A stretch of 57,324 nucleotides of DNA from a virus (Duplodnaviria; Caudoviricetes). The stretch is taken from the IMG/VR virus record IMGVR_UViG_3300029318_000006, positions 1 through 57,324 of that record; one strand, written 5' to 3'. Both the position numbers and the translations under genes were made by a program. This document shows, one piece after another, positions 7,610 to 18,700 of the stretch. A model generated the notes under the pieces. It searched no databases, was not told the origin of the DNA, and saw nothing but the letters and a program-made list of their open reading frames with translations. Position 1 is the stretch's first letter; each line of letters starts with the position of its first letter.

Positions 7610-10045
7610 ATGAAAGACGTTGAGATATTACTAAACCCCGCAGGTTTTCCAAATCAATTTGCCACTGATGCTGAAAAAGCAACAATGGAGTATGGATTAC
7701 AGGTAGGTCAGGCCATTCAATATGAGTGGTTTAGAAAAGGTGGAGGTAGCTGTAGATACTATAGTCAGCTCCAATCTTTTAATCAATTAAGAAGATATGC
7801 AAGAGGTGAGCAATCAGTAGCTAAATACAAAAATGAATTAGCTATTGATGGTGACTTATCTTATTTAAATTTGGATTGGACTCCAGTTCCCATCCTTCCT
7901 AAGTTTGTAGACATTGTTGTCAATGGAATGTCTAATAGATTATTCCACGTAAAAGCATATGCTCAAGATGCTTTGTCAAGCGAACACAGAAACAAATACC
8001 AGAAGTTAGTTGAAAGAGATATGCTTAATAAAGATATCTTTAGTGACTTCCAAGAGTCTTTTGGTATCAACCCATTTATGACAGATGTAGAAGATCTTCC
8101 AGAAAATGATGAAGAACTTCAATTGCATATGCAACTAAAATATAAGCCATCTATTGAAGTGGCTGAAGAAGAAGCTATTAATACCATACTAGATGAAAAT
8201 CACTACTTAGATGTAAAAAGAAGAGTAGATTATGATATGACTGTTTTGGGTGTGGGTATGGCTAAACACCAGTTTTTACCAGGCAGTGGTATTCAGGTAG
8301 ATTATGTTGACCCAGCCAACGTAGTGTATAGTTATACAGAGGATCCACATTTTAAAGATTGTTTTTATTGGGGTGAGATTAAAACAATGCCAATTGCAGA
8401 GCTTATTAAGATTAACCCTGATTTAACTAACGAAGATTTAAAAAAGATATCTCAATATAGTCAAGGTTGGTATGATTATTACAATATCAATAGGTTTTAT
8501 GAAAACAGTTTGTTTTATAAAGACACTGCTACACTATTATATTTTAATTACAAAACCACTAAAAAGTTTGTATATAAGAAAAAGATGTTAGAAGGTGGTG
8601 GAGAAAGAATGATTGAAAAAGACGATAGTTTCAATCCACCAGAAGAAATGATGAAGGAGGGTAAGTTTGAGAGAGTAGAAAAAACTATTGAGGTTTGGTA
8701 TGAAGGTATTATGGTAGCTGGCTCTAACATTATGTTAAAGTGGGAGATGGCTAAGAATATGGTTCGACCTAAGTCAGCATCTCAACACGCAATGCCTAAT
8801 TATGTGGCTTGTGCTCCAAGAATGTACAAAGGAAACATAGAATCTTTAGTAAGAAGAATGATTCCTTTTGCAGACCAAATACAAATTACACACTTAAAAC
8901 TACAACAGGTAGTAGCTAAAATGGTTCCAGACGGTGTATTTATAGACGCTGATGGATTAAATGAAGTAGACTTAGGTACTGGTCAAGCCTATAATCCTGA
9001 AGACGCTCTAAGGCTTTATTTCCAAACAGGTAGTGTAGTAGGTAGAAGTTATACTCAAGATGGTGAGTTTAACAATGCCAGAGTTCCTATACAGCAACTT
9101 AATACTAGTAGTGGTCAGTCTAAAATGGCTGCACTTATTGGAAACTACAATCATTATCTAGGAATGATTAGAGCAGTAACTGGACTAAATGAAGCTAGAG
9201 ATGGTTCTACTCCAGATCCAAATGCATTGGTAGGTGTTCAAAAATTAGCAGCACTAAACTCTAATACAGCTACTAGACATATACTAGAAGGTAGTTTATA
9301 TATAAGCAGAACCATTGCTGAAGGGTTGTCGCTAAGAATAGCTGATTTACTAGAGTTTGCTCCATTCAAAGAAGAGTTCGCTAATCAAATAGGAAAGTAT
9401 AATGTAGATAGAATAGAAGATATTAAAGACTTGTATTTATATGACTTTGGAATATTTATTGAAGTAGCTCCAGATGAGGAGGAAAAAGCAATGCTAGAGC
9501 AGAATATTCAAATGGCATTATCTAAAAACGATATTAATTTAGAAGACGCTATTGATATTAGAGAAGTAAGAAATCTTAAGATGGCTAATCAGTTATTGAA
9601 ACTGAAAAGAAAAAGAAAACAAGATGCTGATAGAGAGGCTGCTGCTTTACAACAACAGATGACTGCACAAACACAATTCCAGTCTCAGCAAATATCTGCT
9701 CAAGCAGCACAACAAAAAATACAGTTAGAGGGTGAGATGAAAATGAGAGAGAAACAAGCAGAAGTGGCCTTTGAGATAGAGAAGTTGAAAAACGAAGCAG
9801 CTCTTAAACAACAGCTAATGAGTTATGAGTTTCAACTTAATATGCAATTAAAAGGTGTTGAAGAAAGTCAGATAAACAAAAGAGAAGAAAGTAGAGAGAA
9901 AGCAAAGTCTGATAGAATAAGCCAACAAAACACGGAGCAGTCTCAATTAATTAATCAGAGAAAAAAAGATTTACCTCCAATTAATTTTGAGTCCAAAGAA
10001 GATAGTTTAGATGGGTTCGATTTAGCAGAGTTTGAACCTAGATAA
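7610..10045 (+). CDS. Portal protein
   Basis: 811 aa directly after TerL; PILPKFVDIVVNG, TGLNEARDG, Q-rich coiled-coil barrel (P22/crAss-like). Confidence 0.85.
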   Translation: MKDVEILLNPAGFPNQFATDAEKATMEYGLQVGQAIQYEWFRKGGGSCRYYSQLQSFNQLRRYARGEQSVAKYKNELAIDGDLSYLNLDWTPVPILPKFVDIVVNGMSNRLFHVKAYAQDALSSEHRNKYQKLVERDMLNKDIFSDFQESFGINPFMTDVEDLPENDEELQLHMQLKYKPSIEVAEEEAINTILDENHYLDVKRRVDYDMTVLGVGMAKHQFLPGSGIQVDYVDPANVVYSYTEDPHFKDCFYWGEIKTMPIAELIKINPDLTNEDLKKISQYSQGWYDYYNINRFYENSLFYKDTATLLYFNYKTTKKFVYKKKMLEGGGERMIEKDDSFNPPEEMMKEGKFERVEKTIEVWYEGIMVAGSNIMLKWEMAKNMVRPKSASQHAMPNYVACAPRMYKGNIESLVRRMIPFADQIQITHLKLQQVVAKMVPDGVFIDADGLNEVDLGTGQAYNPEDALRLYFQTGSVVGRSYTQDGEFNNARVPIQQLNTSSGQSKMAALIGNYNHYLGMIRAVTGLNEARDGSTPDPNALVGVQKLAALNSNTATRHILEGSLYISRTIAEGLSLRIADLLEFAPFKEEFANQIGKYNVDRIEDIKDLYLYDFGIFIEVAPDEEEKAMLEQNIQMALSKNDINLEDAIDIREVRNLKMANQLLKLKRKRKQDADREAAALQQQMTAQTQFQSQQISAQAAQQKIQLEGEMKMREKQAEVAFEIEKLKNEAALKQQLMSYEFQLNMQLKGVEESQINKREESREKAKSDRISQQNTEQSQLINQRKKDLPPINFESKEDSLDGFDLAEFEPR

Positions 10046-10063
10046 AATAAATAAAATAATTAG

Positions 10064-10071
10064 TAACTTTG
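10064..10071 (+). promoter_or_regulatory. -7 element TAACTTTG (capsid operon)
   Basis: TAnnTTTG before the scaffold gene. Confidence 0.65.
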
Positions 10072-10090
10072 CATAATAAAATCAAATCAA

Positions 10091-11236
10091 ATGGAAATTA
10101 AAGTAAAAGAGTACGATGCTGGACCGCAAAAGTCTAAGGCACAAGTAGAAGAAGAATTATTACAAAAGCACGAAGCCGAAGTAAGCGGTGAAACTGCAGA
10201 AGAAACTAAGGTAGAATCAGTTAAAGTAGAAGCAACTGGACAAACAGAAGAACCTACTAAAACTGAAGAAACCGTAAAAGAAGAACCCGTTGTGGAAGAA
10301 AAGCCACAAATGGGGGAACAAGAAGTTCTTTCATTTATTAGGGAAAAGTATAGTAAGGAAGTAGAGTCTATTGATGACTTATTTACTAAAAGAGAGCAAG
10401 AAGAGTTACCATCAGATGTAGCTACTTACTTACAATACAAAAAAGACACTGGTCGAGGATTTGAAGATTTTGCTAAAATTAGTAGAGATTATAGTAAAGA
10501 AAGTCCTGACCAAGTATTATCTATGTATTACGCAGAGATGGAAGAGGGTTTAGATAGGGATGAAATAGACTATCTACTTAACTCTAAGTTTGGAACTGAT
10601 CCAGAAGTGGATTCAGAAGATGACATTAAAAAGAAAAAAATAGATAAGAAAAAAGAGCTTGCGAAGGCTTTGAAATACTTTGAAGGTCAAAAAGAAAAAT
10701 ACAAAGTTCCTATTGAGTCAATGGGCACTAAAGTTTCTGATGAAGACCAACAAATGTTAAAAGCCTATCAAGAACAAATGGAGAAATCCAAGGAAGCTCA
10801 AAGCTTAGCCCAAAAGCGAGCAGAGAGCTTTCAGGAGAACACCAATAAATTGTTTACTGAAGAATTTAAAGGTTTTAAGTTTAACATCAGTGATAAAGAA
10901 TATGTTTATTCTCCTGGCGATTTCAACGAACTGAAGAAGTCTCAATCTGACATTATGAACTTTATATCAAAGTTTACTAATGATCAAGGAGAGATATCGG
11001 ATGTAGTTGGATATCACAAGTCGTTGTCAATGGCAATGAATCCTGAAAAGTTCGCAAAGTATTTTTACGAGCAAGGGGTGGCATCAGCGGTTAATGAGTC
11101 TGCTAAAAAATCTAAAAATATAAATTTAGATATGAGGCAAACTCCGCAAGTGACATCAAAACAAGGATTTAGTGTTAAAGCTACGACTCCCTCGTCTAGG
11201 CGAGGATTGACAATTAGGTCACCAAAAAATAAATAA
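10091..11236 (+). CDS. Capsid scaffolding protein
   Basis: Acidic E-rich N-terminus and coiled-coil; lies between portal and MCP. Confidence 0.7.
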   Translation: MEIKVKEYDAGPQKSKAQVEEELLQKHEAEVSGETAEETKVESVKVEATGQTEEPTKTEETVKEEPVVEEKPQMGEQEVLSFIREKYSKEVESIDDLFTKREQEELPSDVATYLQYKKDTGRGFEDFAKISRDYSKESPDQVLSMYYAEMEEGLDRDEIDYLLNSKFGTDPEVDSEDDIKKKKIDKKKELAKALKYFEGQKEKYKVPIESMGTKVSDEDQQMLKAYQEQMEKSKEAQSLAQKRAESFQENTNKLFTEEFKGFKFNISDKEYVYSPGDFNELKKSQSDIMNFISKFTNDQGEISDVVGYHKSLSMAMNPEKFAKYFYEQGVASAVNESAKKSKNINLDMRQTPQVTSKQGFSVKATTPSSRRGLTIRSPKNK

Positions 11237-11260
11237 GTTAAACATTAAAAATAAAAAACA

Positions 11261-12685
11261 ATGAGTTTAAATATACCAGGTTTCGCTCTACAGCCAAGTG
11301 CTACTAGAGTGCCAACCGCAACAAACTATATGACAAGTTTTGATTTTTTGAATCAATACTTGCCAGACACCTATGAAAAGGAGTTTGAAAGATATGGTAA
11401 TAGAACTATTTCTTCATTCCTTAGAATGGTGGGTGCTGAGATGCCTTCTAACTCTGACCTTATTAAATGGGCAGAACAAGGTAGATTGCACATTAAATAT
11501 ACAGACGTAAAAACTGCGGCTGCCGCTGCTGCTGACACTGTTGAATTTGAAGTAGATGATGTGTTAATCCCTGCTAATCAAGTTATGGCTCCAGCTACAG
11601 CATCTCAAATAGCTATTAGAGTAGGACAAACAGTTATGATATCTGGAAACGCTGGTTTTGCTAGTATTTCTAATAAAGGTATTGTCACAAGTCTTGATTT
11701 ACCAAATAACAAGTTTACAGTAAAACTTTTTGAAGCTGGTGGATATACTGGTGTTGGGACTGGCGTAACTGCAACTGAAAGAGTAAGTGTTTTCATTTAT
11801 GGTTCTGAATTTAACAAAGGAACTGACGCAATGGAAGGTTCATTAGAGCCATTTGACACTATTTTAGAAAACAGCCCTATTATCATAAAAGATAAATATG
11901 CTGTTAACGGTTCTGATATGGCTCAAATCGGGTGGGTAGAAGTATCTACTGAAGATGGAGCTGATGGATACCTATGGTATTTAAAAGCAGAGCACGAAAC
12001 AAGAATGAGGTTTGAAGACTATTTAGAAACTGCAATGGTAGAAGCTGTTAAAGCTGAAGCTGGATCAGGAGCTATTGCTGATGTCAAGGGATCTGAAGGG
12101 TTATTTGCTGCTATTGAATCAAGAGGTAATATTTTCACAGGAGCTATTACTGCTTTATCTGATTTTGATGCTATTATTGAAAGATTAGATAAGCAAGGAG
12201 CTATTGAAGAAAATGTTCTTTTCTTAAACAGACAAACATCTTTTGAGATTGATGATATGTTAGCTGCTCAGAATTCTTATGGTAATGGTGGTTCATCTTA
12301 CGGATTATTTGATAATGACGAAGAGATGGCTCTAAACCTAGGATTTACTGGATTCAGAAGAGCATATGATTTCTATAAGTCAGATTGGAAATATCTTAAC
12401 GATCCTACTATGAGAGGTGGTTTAGTTGGTGGAGCTATTGATGGTGTATTAGTACCAGCTGGTTCAACTAACGTTTACGACCAAGTATTAGGAAGAAACG
12501 CTAAGAGACCATTCTTACACGTAAGATATAGAGCTTCAGAAATGGAAGACAGACGTTATAAAACTTGGGTTACTGGTTCTGCTGGTGGTGCAAGAACGAC
12601 TGGAAAAGACGTGATGGAAGTTCATTTCTTATCAGAAAGAGCACTATGTGTTATGGGTGCAAACAATTTCGTATTGTTTAAATAA
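11261..12685 (+). CDS. Major capsid protein
   Basis: 474 aa after the scaffold; biased codon use; followed by a strong terminator; IKWAEQGRLH, GSEGLFAAIESRGN. Confidence 0.85.
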   Translation: MSLNIPGFALQPSATRVPTATNYMTSFDFLNQYLPDTYEKEFERYGNRTISSFLRMVGAEMPSNSDLIKWAEQGRLHIKYTDVKTAAAAAADTVEFEVDDVLIPANQVMAPATASQIAIRVGQTVMISGNAGFASISNKGIVTSLDLPNNKFTVKLFEAGGYTGVGTGVTATERVSVFIYGSEFNKGTDAMEGSLEPFDTILENSPIIIKDKYAVNGSDMAQIGWVEVSTEDGADGYLWYLKAEHETRMRFEDYLETAMVEAVKAEAGSGAIADVKGSEGLFAAIESRGNIFTGAITALSDFDAIIERLDKQGAIEENVLFLNRQTSFEIDDMLAAQNSYGNGGSSYGLFDNDEEMALNLGFTGFRRAYDFYKSDWKYLNDPTMRGGLVGGAIDGVLVPAGSTNVYDQVLGRNAKRPFLHVRYRASEMEDRRYKTWVTGSAGGARTTGKDVMEVHFLSERALCVMGANNFVLFK

Positions 12686-12698
12686 TAACATAATTTAT

Positions 12699-12726
12699 GG
12701 AGGGGAGCAATCCCCTCCTATTTTTT
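12699..12726 (+). terminator. Rho-independent terminator
   Basis: GGAGGGGA-GCAA-TCCCCTCC followed by TATTTTTT. Confidence 0.9.
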
Positions 12727-12745
12727 AAACTTTAAATTAAATCAA

Positions 12746-13489
12746 ATGAAAAAAAAGAAAGAATTAAAAGACCGTGTTTATAAATTAAAAAATGATAAAC
12801 AACCATTAAGTTTCACACTTAATTCTAGAAACACAAGAAGAAAGCCATTATTACATTTTGATGGCACTCACAATAGACCTTTACGTTACGCTTCTAATCA
12901 AAAAAGTCCTTTTGAGGATGAGCAGGACAGCAACGCTGTTTTAGAACCTGTTATATTTGAAGACGGAATGTTGTTTGTTGCTAAAAACAACCCTGTGTTA
13001 CAGGAATTTTTACATTACCATCCAGACAATGGTGTAATGTTTGAAGAAATAGATAAAGAAGCAGATGCTCAAAAAGAAGTAGAATATTTAGAAATAGAAT
13101 CTAAAGCATTCAAACAAGCGTCTGAATTAACTATAGATCAAATGGAAACATTAGCTAGAGTATATTTAGATTTAGACACTAGAATACTTACTACATCTGA
13201 GTTAAAAAGAGATGTCATATTATTTGCTAAAAATAATCCTGTTGACTTTTTAGATGCCATTAATGATCCAATGTTGGAATTACAAGATACTGTAGTTAAA
13301 ATATTTGAAAAAGGATTATTAAGTTTGAGAAACAATGGTAAAGATGTTTACTATAATCTTAAAACTAAAAAGACTAAATTATTGATGATTCCTTTTGGTG
13401 AAGACCACATACAAACAGTAGCTGGGTTTTTTCAAAGAGATGAAGGTGTTGAGATATACAAAGCATTTCAAGATATGTTAAAGAGTTAG
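12746..13489 (+). CDS. Conserved hypothetical protein downstream of MCP
   Basis: 247-aa ORF with AATCAA-ATG start. Confidence 0.75.
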   Translation: MKKKKELKDRVYKLKNDKQPLSFTLNSRNTRRKPLLHFDGTHNRPLRYASNQKSPFEDEQDSNAVLEPVIFEDGMLFVAKNNPVLQEFLHYHPDNGVMFEEIDKEADAQKEVEYLEIESKAFKQASELTIDQMETLARVYLDLDTRILTTSELKRDVILFAKNNPVDFLDAINDPMLELQDTVVKIFEKGLLSLRNNGKDVYYNLKTKKTKLLMIPFGEDHIQTVAGFFQRDEGVEIYKAFQDMLKS

Positions 13490-13529
13490 TAACGTATGTT
13501 AACACACTAACACAGTAAAAAAAATAGGC

Positions 13530-13537
13530 TATCTTTG
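13530..13537 (+). promoter_or_regulatory. -7 element TATCTTTG
   Basis: TAnnTTTG, intergenic. Confidence 0.6.
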
Positions 13538-13566
13538 CTTTTTATTAACACATAAATTTTTTTATT

Positions 13567-13842
13567 ATGAACAAGTATTTATCATTTACCACAGGAGATG
13601 GTGTAGAGTTAGTTAAAGTCTCCGCTATTTTATATGTAGAACTTGCTAGCGCTACACAAGTAGATTTACACGAGTTAACAGGAGCAAAAAAAGTAAGATT
13701 AACTTGTGTTGGCGCAACACAGGCTTTTGTTGATGCTATTAACGAAGCTTTGAAAACAGCCGCTGAAACAATGTGGACTAAAGCTGTTGTTGAGGTTCCT
13801 TTGACTGGAGTAACATCTATAACAAGTATCTCTATAGCTTAA
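13567..13842 (+). CDS. Small, probably abundant virion protein
   Basis: Has its own promoter and terminator; Ala/Val/Thr-rich. Confidence 0.65.
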   Translation: MNKYLSFTTGDGVELVKVSAILYVELASATQVDLHELTGAKKVRLTCVGATQAFVDAINEALKTAAETMWTKAVVEVPLTGVTSITSISIA

Positions 13843-13865
13843 TATATTTTATTAATCAATTTAAC

Positions 13866-13898
13866 AAGAGCTTCTATTACTAGAGGCTCTTTTTTTTT
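13866..13898 (+). terminator. Rho-independent terminator
   Basis: AAGAGCTTCTA-TTAC-TAGAGGCTCTT followed by a T-run. Confidence 0.8.
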
Positions 13899-13901
13899 GC
13901 T

Positions 13902-13909
13902 TATCTTTG
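13902..13909 (+). promoter_or_regulatory. -7 element TATCTTTG (tail operon)
   Basis: TAnnTTTG immediately after the terminator. Confidence 0.6.
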
Positions 13910-13925
13910 TATCAAAAGATTTTAG

Positions 13926-14855
13926 ATGATAAATTCTGTTAGAAATACTGTTCTTTCTATACTGAATAAAAATAATTACGGATACATATCTCCCAGTGAC
14001 TTTAACCTTTTTGCAAAACAAGCACAATTAGATATATTTGAAGATTATTTTTACCAGTATAATAATCAAATAAATAAAGAGAACAACAGACTTACTAGAC
14101 TATCTGGAACAGGGTATGCCGACATTACTAAAGGAATAGAAGAAGTAATAGATAGTTTTTCAGTTACGTCATTCTTAACTAGAGTTAATGCCAATATTTA
14201 TTCGCTTCCTACTGATTATTATTTAATTAATAAAATATTCTATTATCCTAATCAATTAACTTCAGGAACTACTACAGGAACTACTGCAGGAAAACTAGAT
14301 GATGTTGATGCTAACTTTTTAGGTGTTGTAAGTGTAGGTGACATAGTAATTAATACCACTGACTCAATATCTGCTTTTGTAACAGCAGTTGCTAATACTT
14401 CACTTACCTTAAGCAGTGACATAATAGTAAGCGGAGAAAATTATGCAATTTACAATAACAATAATATTGCAGAAGTGGAAAGAGTTAGTCAAGATAAAAT
14501 ATTTTATTTAACTAATTCTAACTTAACAGCTCCTACTACACAATATCCAGCTTATGTGTTAGAAGGGAATAATGTTACTGCTTACCCAACTACTATATCT
14601 GGAGTGTCTGATTTACAAACTCAATATGTTAGATATCCAAAAGACCCTAAATGGACTTTTACTTCTCTTAGCGGTGGTCAACCTCTTTTTGACCAATCTC
14701 AAGCAGATTATCAAGACTTTGAGTTACCACTGTCAGATGAAACGGATTTGGTAATAAGTATTTTAAAATATGCTGGTTTATCTATTAGAGAATCTGAAGT
14801 AGTTCAAGTAGCTGATGCACAGCAAAAAATGGAAATGGTACAAGAAAATAGTTAA
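13926..14855 (+). CDS. Tail ring/adaptor protein (P22 gp4/crAss ring-like)
   Basis: NKNNYGYISPSDFNLFAKQAQ...YVRYPKDPKW...ILKYAGLSIRE; synteny. Confidence 0.65.
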   Translation: MINSVRNTVLSILNKNNYGYISPSDFNLFAKQAQLDIFEDYFYQYNNQINKENNRLTRLSGTGYADITKGIEEVIDSFSVTSFLTRVNANIYSLPTDYYLINKIFYYPNQLTSGTTTGTTAGKLDDVDANFLGVVSVGDIVINTTDSISAFVTAVANTSLTLSSDIIVSGENYAIYNNNNIAEVERVSQDKIFYLTNSNLTAPTTQYPAYVLEGNNVTAYPTTISGVSDLQTQYVRYPKDPKWTFTSLSGGQPLFDQSQADYQDFELPLSDETDLVISILKYAGLSIRESEVVQVADAQQKMEMVQENS

Positions 14856-15778
14856 TGGCTTATATATCACAATATCAATATTATGAAAACAATGGTAATG
14901 TTCCTGAGAATGCTAACTGGGGTTCTTACCAATATGTTTCTTTACAGGATATCGTAAATAACTATATGTTAATGTACGTTGGCAACAACAAATTAATTAA
15001 CAATGTAGATAGATATCAAATTTTATTTCACGCTAAAAGAGCGATACAAGAACTAAACTACGATGCATTCAAGGAAATAAAAATATTACAGTTAAACGTA
15101 GGGGATAATCTAAGATATATATTACCATCAGATTACATAAACTGGGTGAGAGTATCTATATACCACAATGGTTATTTATTTCCTTTAACAGAAAATATTC
15201 AAACTAATTACGCAGAGGCTTATCTTCAAGATAATAATAATAATATTTTATTTGATCAAGACGGTAATGTATTAAAACCAGAAAACTCTACTATTGATTT
15301 AGAAAGAATTAATAATACTAAAAAAAGTATTTATTTAAATAAAAATAGCCCTTACGACAATATGGAAGGGTGGTGCATAGATGGATGCTGGTACTTTGAT
15401 TATGCTGTAGGAAAAAGGTTTGGTTTAAATACTGAGACTGCTAACGCACTACCTACATTTAAAATAGATAGTAAGGGTGGCGTTATTAATTTTAGTTCAG
15501 GAGCGGCCAATAGGTCTGTTATACTAGAATATGTTTCAGACGGGATGGAAAATGGTAATGACTCTTTAGTTACTGTAAATAAAATGTTTGAAGAGTTTTT
15601 ATACTCTTATATAAGTTATTCTATATTAAATACTAAACTAAACGAACCAGAATACGTTATAAACAGATACAGAAAAAGTAAGTCAGCACTATTAAGAAAT
15701 GCCAAAATAAGAATGAGTAACATTCACCCTGGAAGACTACTTATGAATTTAAGAGGCCAGGATAAGATTATAAAGTAA
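14855..15778 (+). CDS. Second tail ring/structural protein
   Basis: FHAKRAIQELNYD, LPSDYINWVRVS, ILEYVSDG; synteny. Confidence 0.65.
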   Translation: MAYISQYQYYENNGNVPENANWGSYQYVSLQDIVNNYMLMYVGNNKLINNVDRYQILFHAKRAIQELNYDAFKEIKILQLNVGDNLRYILPSDYINWVRVSIYHNGYLFPLTENIQTNYAEAYLQDNNNNILFDQDGNVLKPENSTIDLERINNTKKSIYLNKNSPYDNMEGWCIDGCWYFDYAVGKRFGLNTETANALPTFKIDSKGGVINFSSGAANRSVILEYVSDGMENGNDSLVTVNKMFEEFLYSYISYSILNTKLNEPEYVINRYRKSKSALLRNAKIRMSNIHPGRLLMNLRGQDKIIK

Positions 15779-15779
15779 T

Positions 15780-18700
15780 ATGCAATTAAATAGTTTATTC
15801 TTTAAAGGCGTAATGAATAAGTCTACTGACGAAAGGATACTACCTCCTGGAGAATATGTAGATGCATTAAATGCTAGATTAGGTTCCACAGAAGATTCTG
15901 AGATTGGAACTTTAGAGAATACCAAAGGAAATACTTTATTAACCAACATCACCAATCAAGGGGTGGCATTAAGTGCAAACGCTGTTTGTATTGGTTCTTA
16001 TGCAGATGACTCTGATGAAACTATTTATTGGTTTATTACTGATCCTGGAGTAGTTGACTTAATTGTTTCATTCAATGTCAAAACTTCTGCTACAATATAC
16101 CACGTTATATCTACTACTGTATTAAACTTTAACCCAAGTAATTTAATAACAGGAGTTGAGTTAATAGATAGGTTTTTAATATTTACTGATAATTTAAATC
16201 CACCTAGAAAAATAAATGTAGATAGGTCTTATGCTTTTCCTGTTGGTGGAGTAGACCAAATAACAGAAGAAGAAATTAATCTTATAGTTAAGCCACCTAT
16301 TAATCCTCCTACTTTTACTTTATCTAGTGCTGATAATGACGATCAAAGTTTTTTTACAGATAAGTTTATTTCTTTTGCTTATAGGTTCAAGTATGAAGAT
16401 GGAGAGTACTCTGCGTTATCCCCATTTAGCCTTCCTGCTTTTGAACCTGAAAATCCTGATTTAGTTGAAGTTGATTTTAATACCATCAAGAATGAATCAA
16501 TGGTTAATGCATATAATGCAGCAACTGTGTTTTTTAATACAGGCTCTTCTTTAGTGAAAGAAATAGAAGTTTGTTACAAAGAGAGTTCAAGCACTGTTAT
16601 TAAAGTAATTGATAAGTACAGTAAGTCTGACTTAGGTTGGGCTGATAATTCAACACAGTCTATATTTTTTAGAAACAAAGAAGTATTTAGGGTATTATCT
16701 GCTAATGAAAGTTTAAGACTGTATGATAATGTTCCTTTAAAAGCGAAAGCTTTAACTAGTTCTGGAAATAGATTAATGTTAGGTAATTATGTAGACGGAT
16801 ACGATATGAAGTCTGCTGACGGAAATGACGTTAAACTAGATTATGTTACAAGTTTAGTTGCTAATCCTGCAGTAAAATTAGACGACAATGAAAATGAAAT
16901 TATTTTAAGTGTAGATGGTGAGTTTGTTTCTTCAGATTATCAAGTTTTAAATGGTAGTGCTACGCCAAGTACAGTAAGTGTAGATAATTCAAAAGCTGTT
17001 TTTACTTTTGAAGACAGGTTGGGTAATCCTGTTAATTTTTTACAGGGAGATTTTATAACTTTTAATTGTGAACTTAAGAGTTACGCAACTGGTGGAAATA
17101 TATATAACCAAAACCCTGCTGTTTTAAATTTAACCAGACCAACAGGTGGCTTTACATTAAGTATAACCTCTACTGTTCAACTAACCAATACTTATGGAGA
17201 TTTAGCATCTTTTGTGGGAAGTAATGATTTTGAAAACTTAATTGGAACGGGATTAGCTACAGCAACACCCGTTTACAAGCCATTTAGTGATGCATCTACA
17301 GGGTCAACTGCAACAGATTTTATTAATAACAGTGTAATAAATAGTCCTGCTACTAATAGCGTAACTAGTAGTGCAGCAACTCCTGTAAATTCAGCTGTTC
17401 CAAATGCAGCAGCGGCAGGTTCAACTCCAGTGTCTCCTGCTTATCCAACTGGTCAAACAGGTTTATTAGAATCTTTTGATATTGCTACACCAACTCAAGT
17501 TACTTTACAATCTTTAATGATGGTTTACCAAACTGGGTCCACAAAATCATTTGAGGGGTTTGAATTTTTAAATGCTAATTTTTCGTTTGACTCAAAAAGA
17601 AACAAAGAGAGTTTACATAGTAATAGGGACTATGACTTAGCTATGGTTTATATGGATGACTACGCTAGATCAAGTACAGCTTTAGTTAGTTTAGATAGTA
17701 GTATTAATGTTCCTGCTTCTAATTCTATATTAATAAACAAAGCACAAGTAAATATACCAGTTAGTCAAAAAGCTCCATCTTGGGCTAAGTATTACAAATT
17801 TGCAATCAAACCATCTAAATTAAATTACGATACTATATTTATTATTAGAGCCGAACCAGACTTGGATGACACTACTCAGTTTTGGTGTCAACTAGAAGGA
17901 GAAACCGCACAAAAAATTGTTGAAGGAGAAACATACACTGTAAAAAGAGATATTGATGGTGCAAAAACATCTTATGTTGAAGCTACTTGTTTAGCTAAAA
18001 GTACATCTCCAAATATAGATGACCAATCTACTACTTATCCGGGGCCTGGGGTATATGCTAAGTTTTCTCCTGGAAACGAATACAGAATAGATCAACCTGG
18101 TAAAATAAATGAAAAAGGAATTAATAAAGAAAAAAACTCAATAGTTGCTAGCAGAGGTATTGACGCTACAGTTTCATTAATTGATAGTTTTACAGAAACC
18201 ACAATTGAAGAAGGCACTAATGTAACAATTAAAATAACTTGTGAAAGACCAGAAGCTCAAATAACATATACTACGAATCCAGAGAATAAAAATAAATTTA
18301 GTGAGTTAAATATAACTAGAACAGCCAATAAAACTTATAACACTGGGGCTAACCTTCAAGCAAATTTGCAGTTAATGGTTAATGATCAATTTGTAAATAG
18401 TCAAAACTTCTTTCCTTCTAATAGTATTGATTATGCTGGTAATCAAGGAGAAAAATTTAGATTTAGGTTAACAAATGACCTTATTAAAAATAATGACACA
18501 CCACAAGTTCCTGATATAGATTCTCAAAATTACGGAATTCACCAAGTAAGTTTTAATACTCAAGACGAAAACGGAAATACTCAACAAGCTCTAGGAATTA
18601 AGTCTAATTTTAGAATGAGAATTGGAACTACTACTCAAGGGAAATCTAAAGTCTCTATAAAGGTTAAATTAAGTAATATTCCAGACGGTTTGTTTGTTTT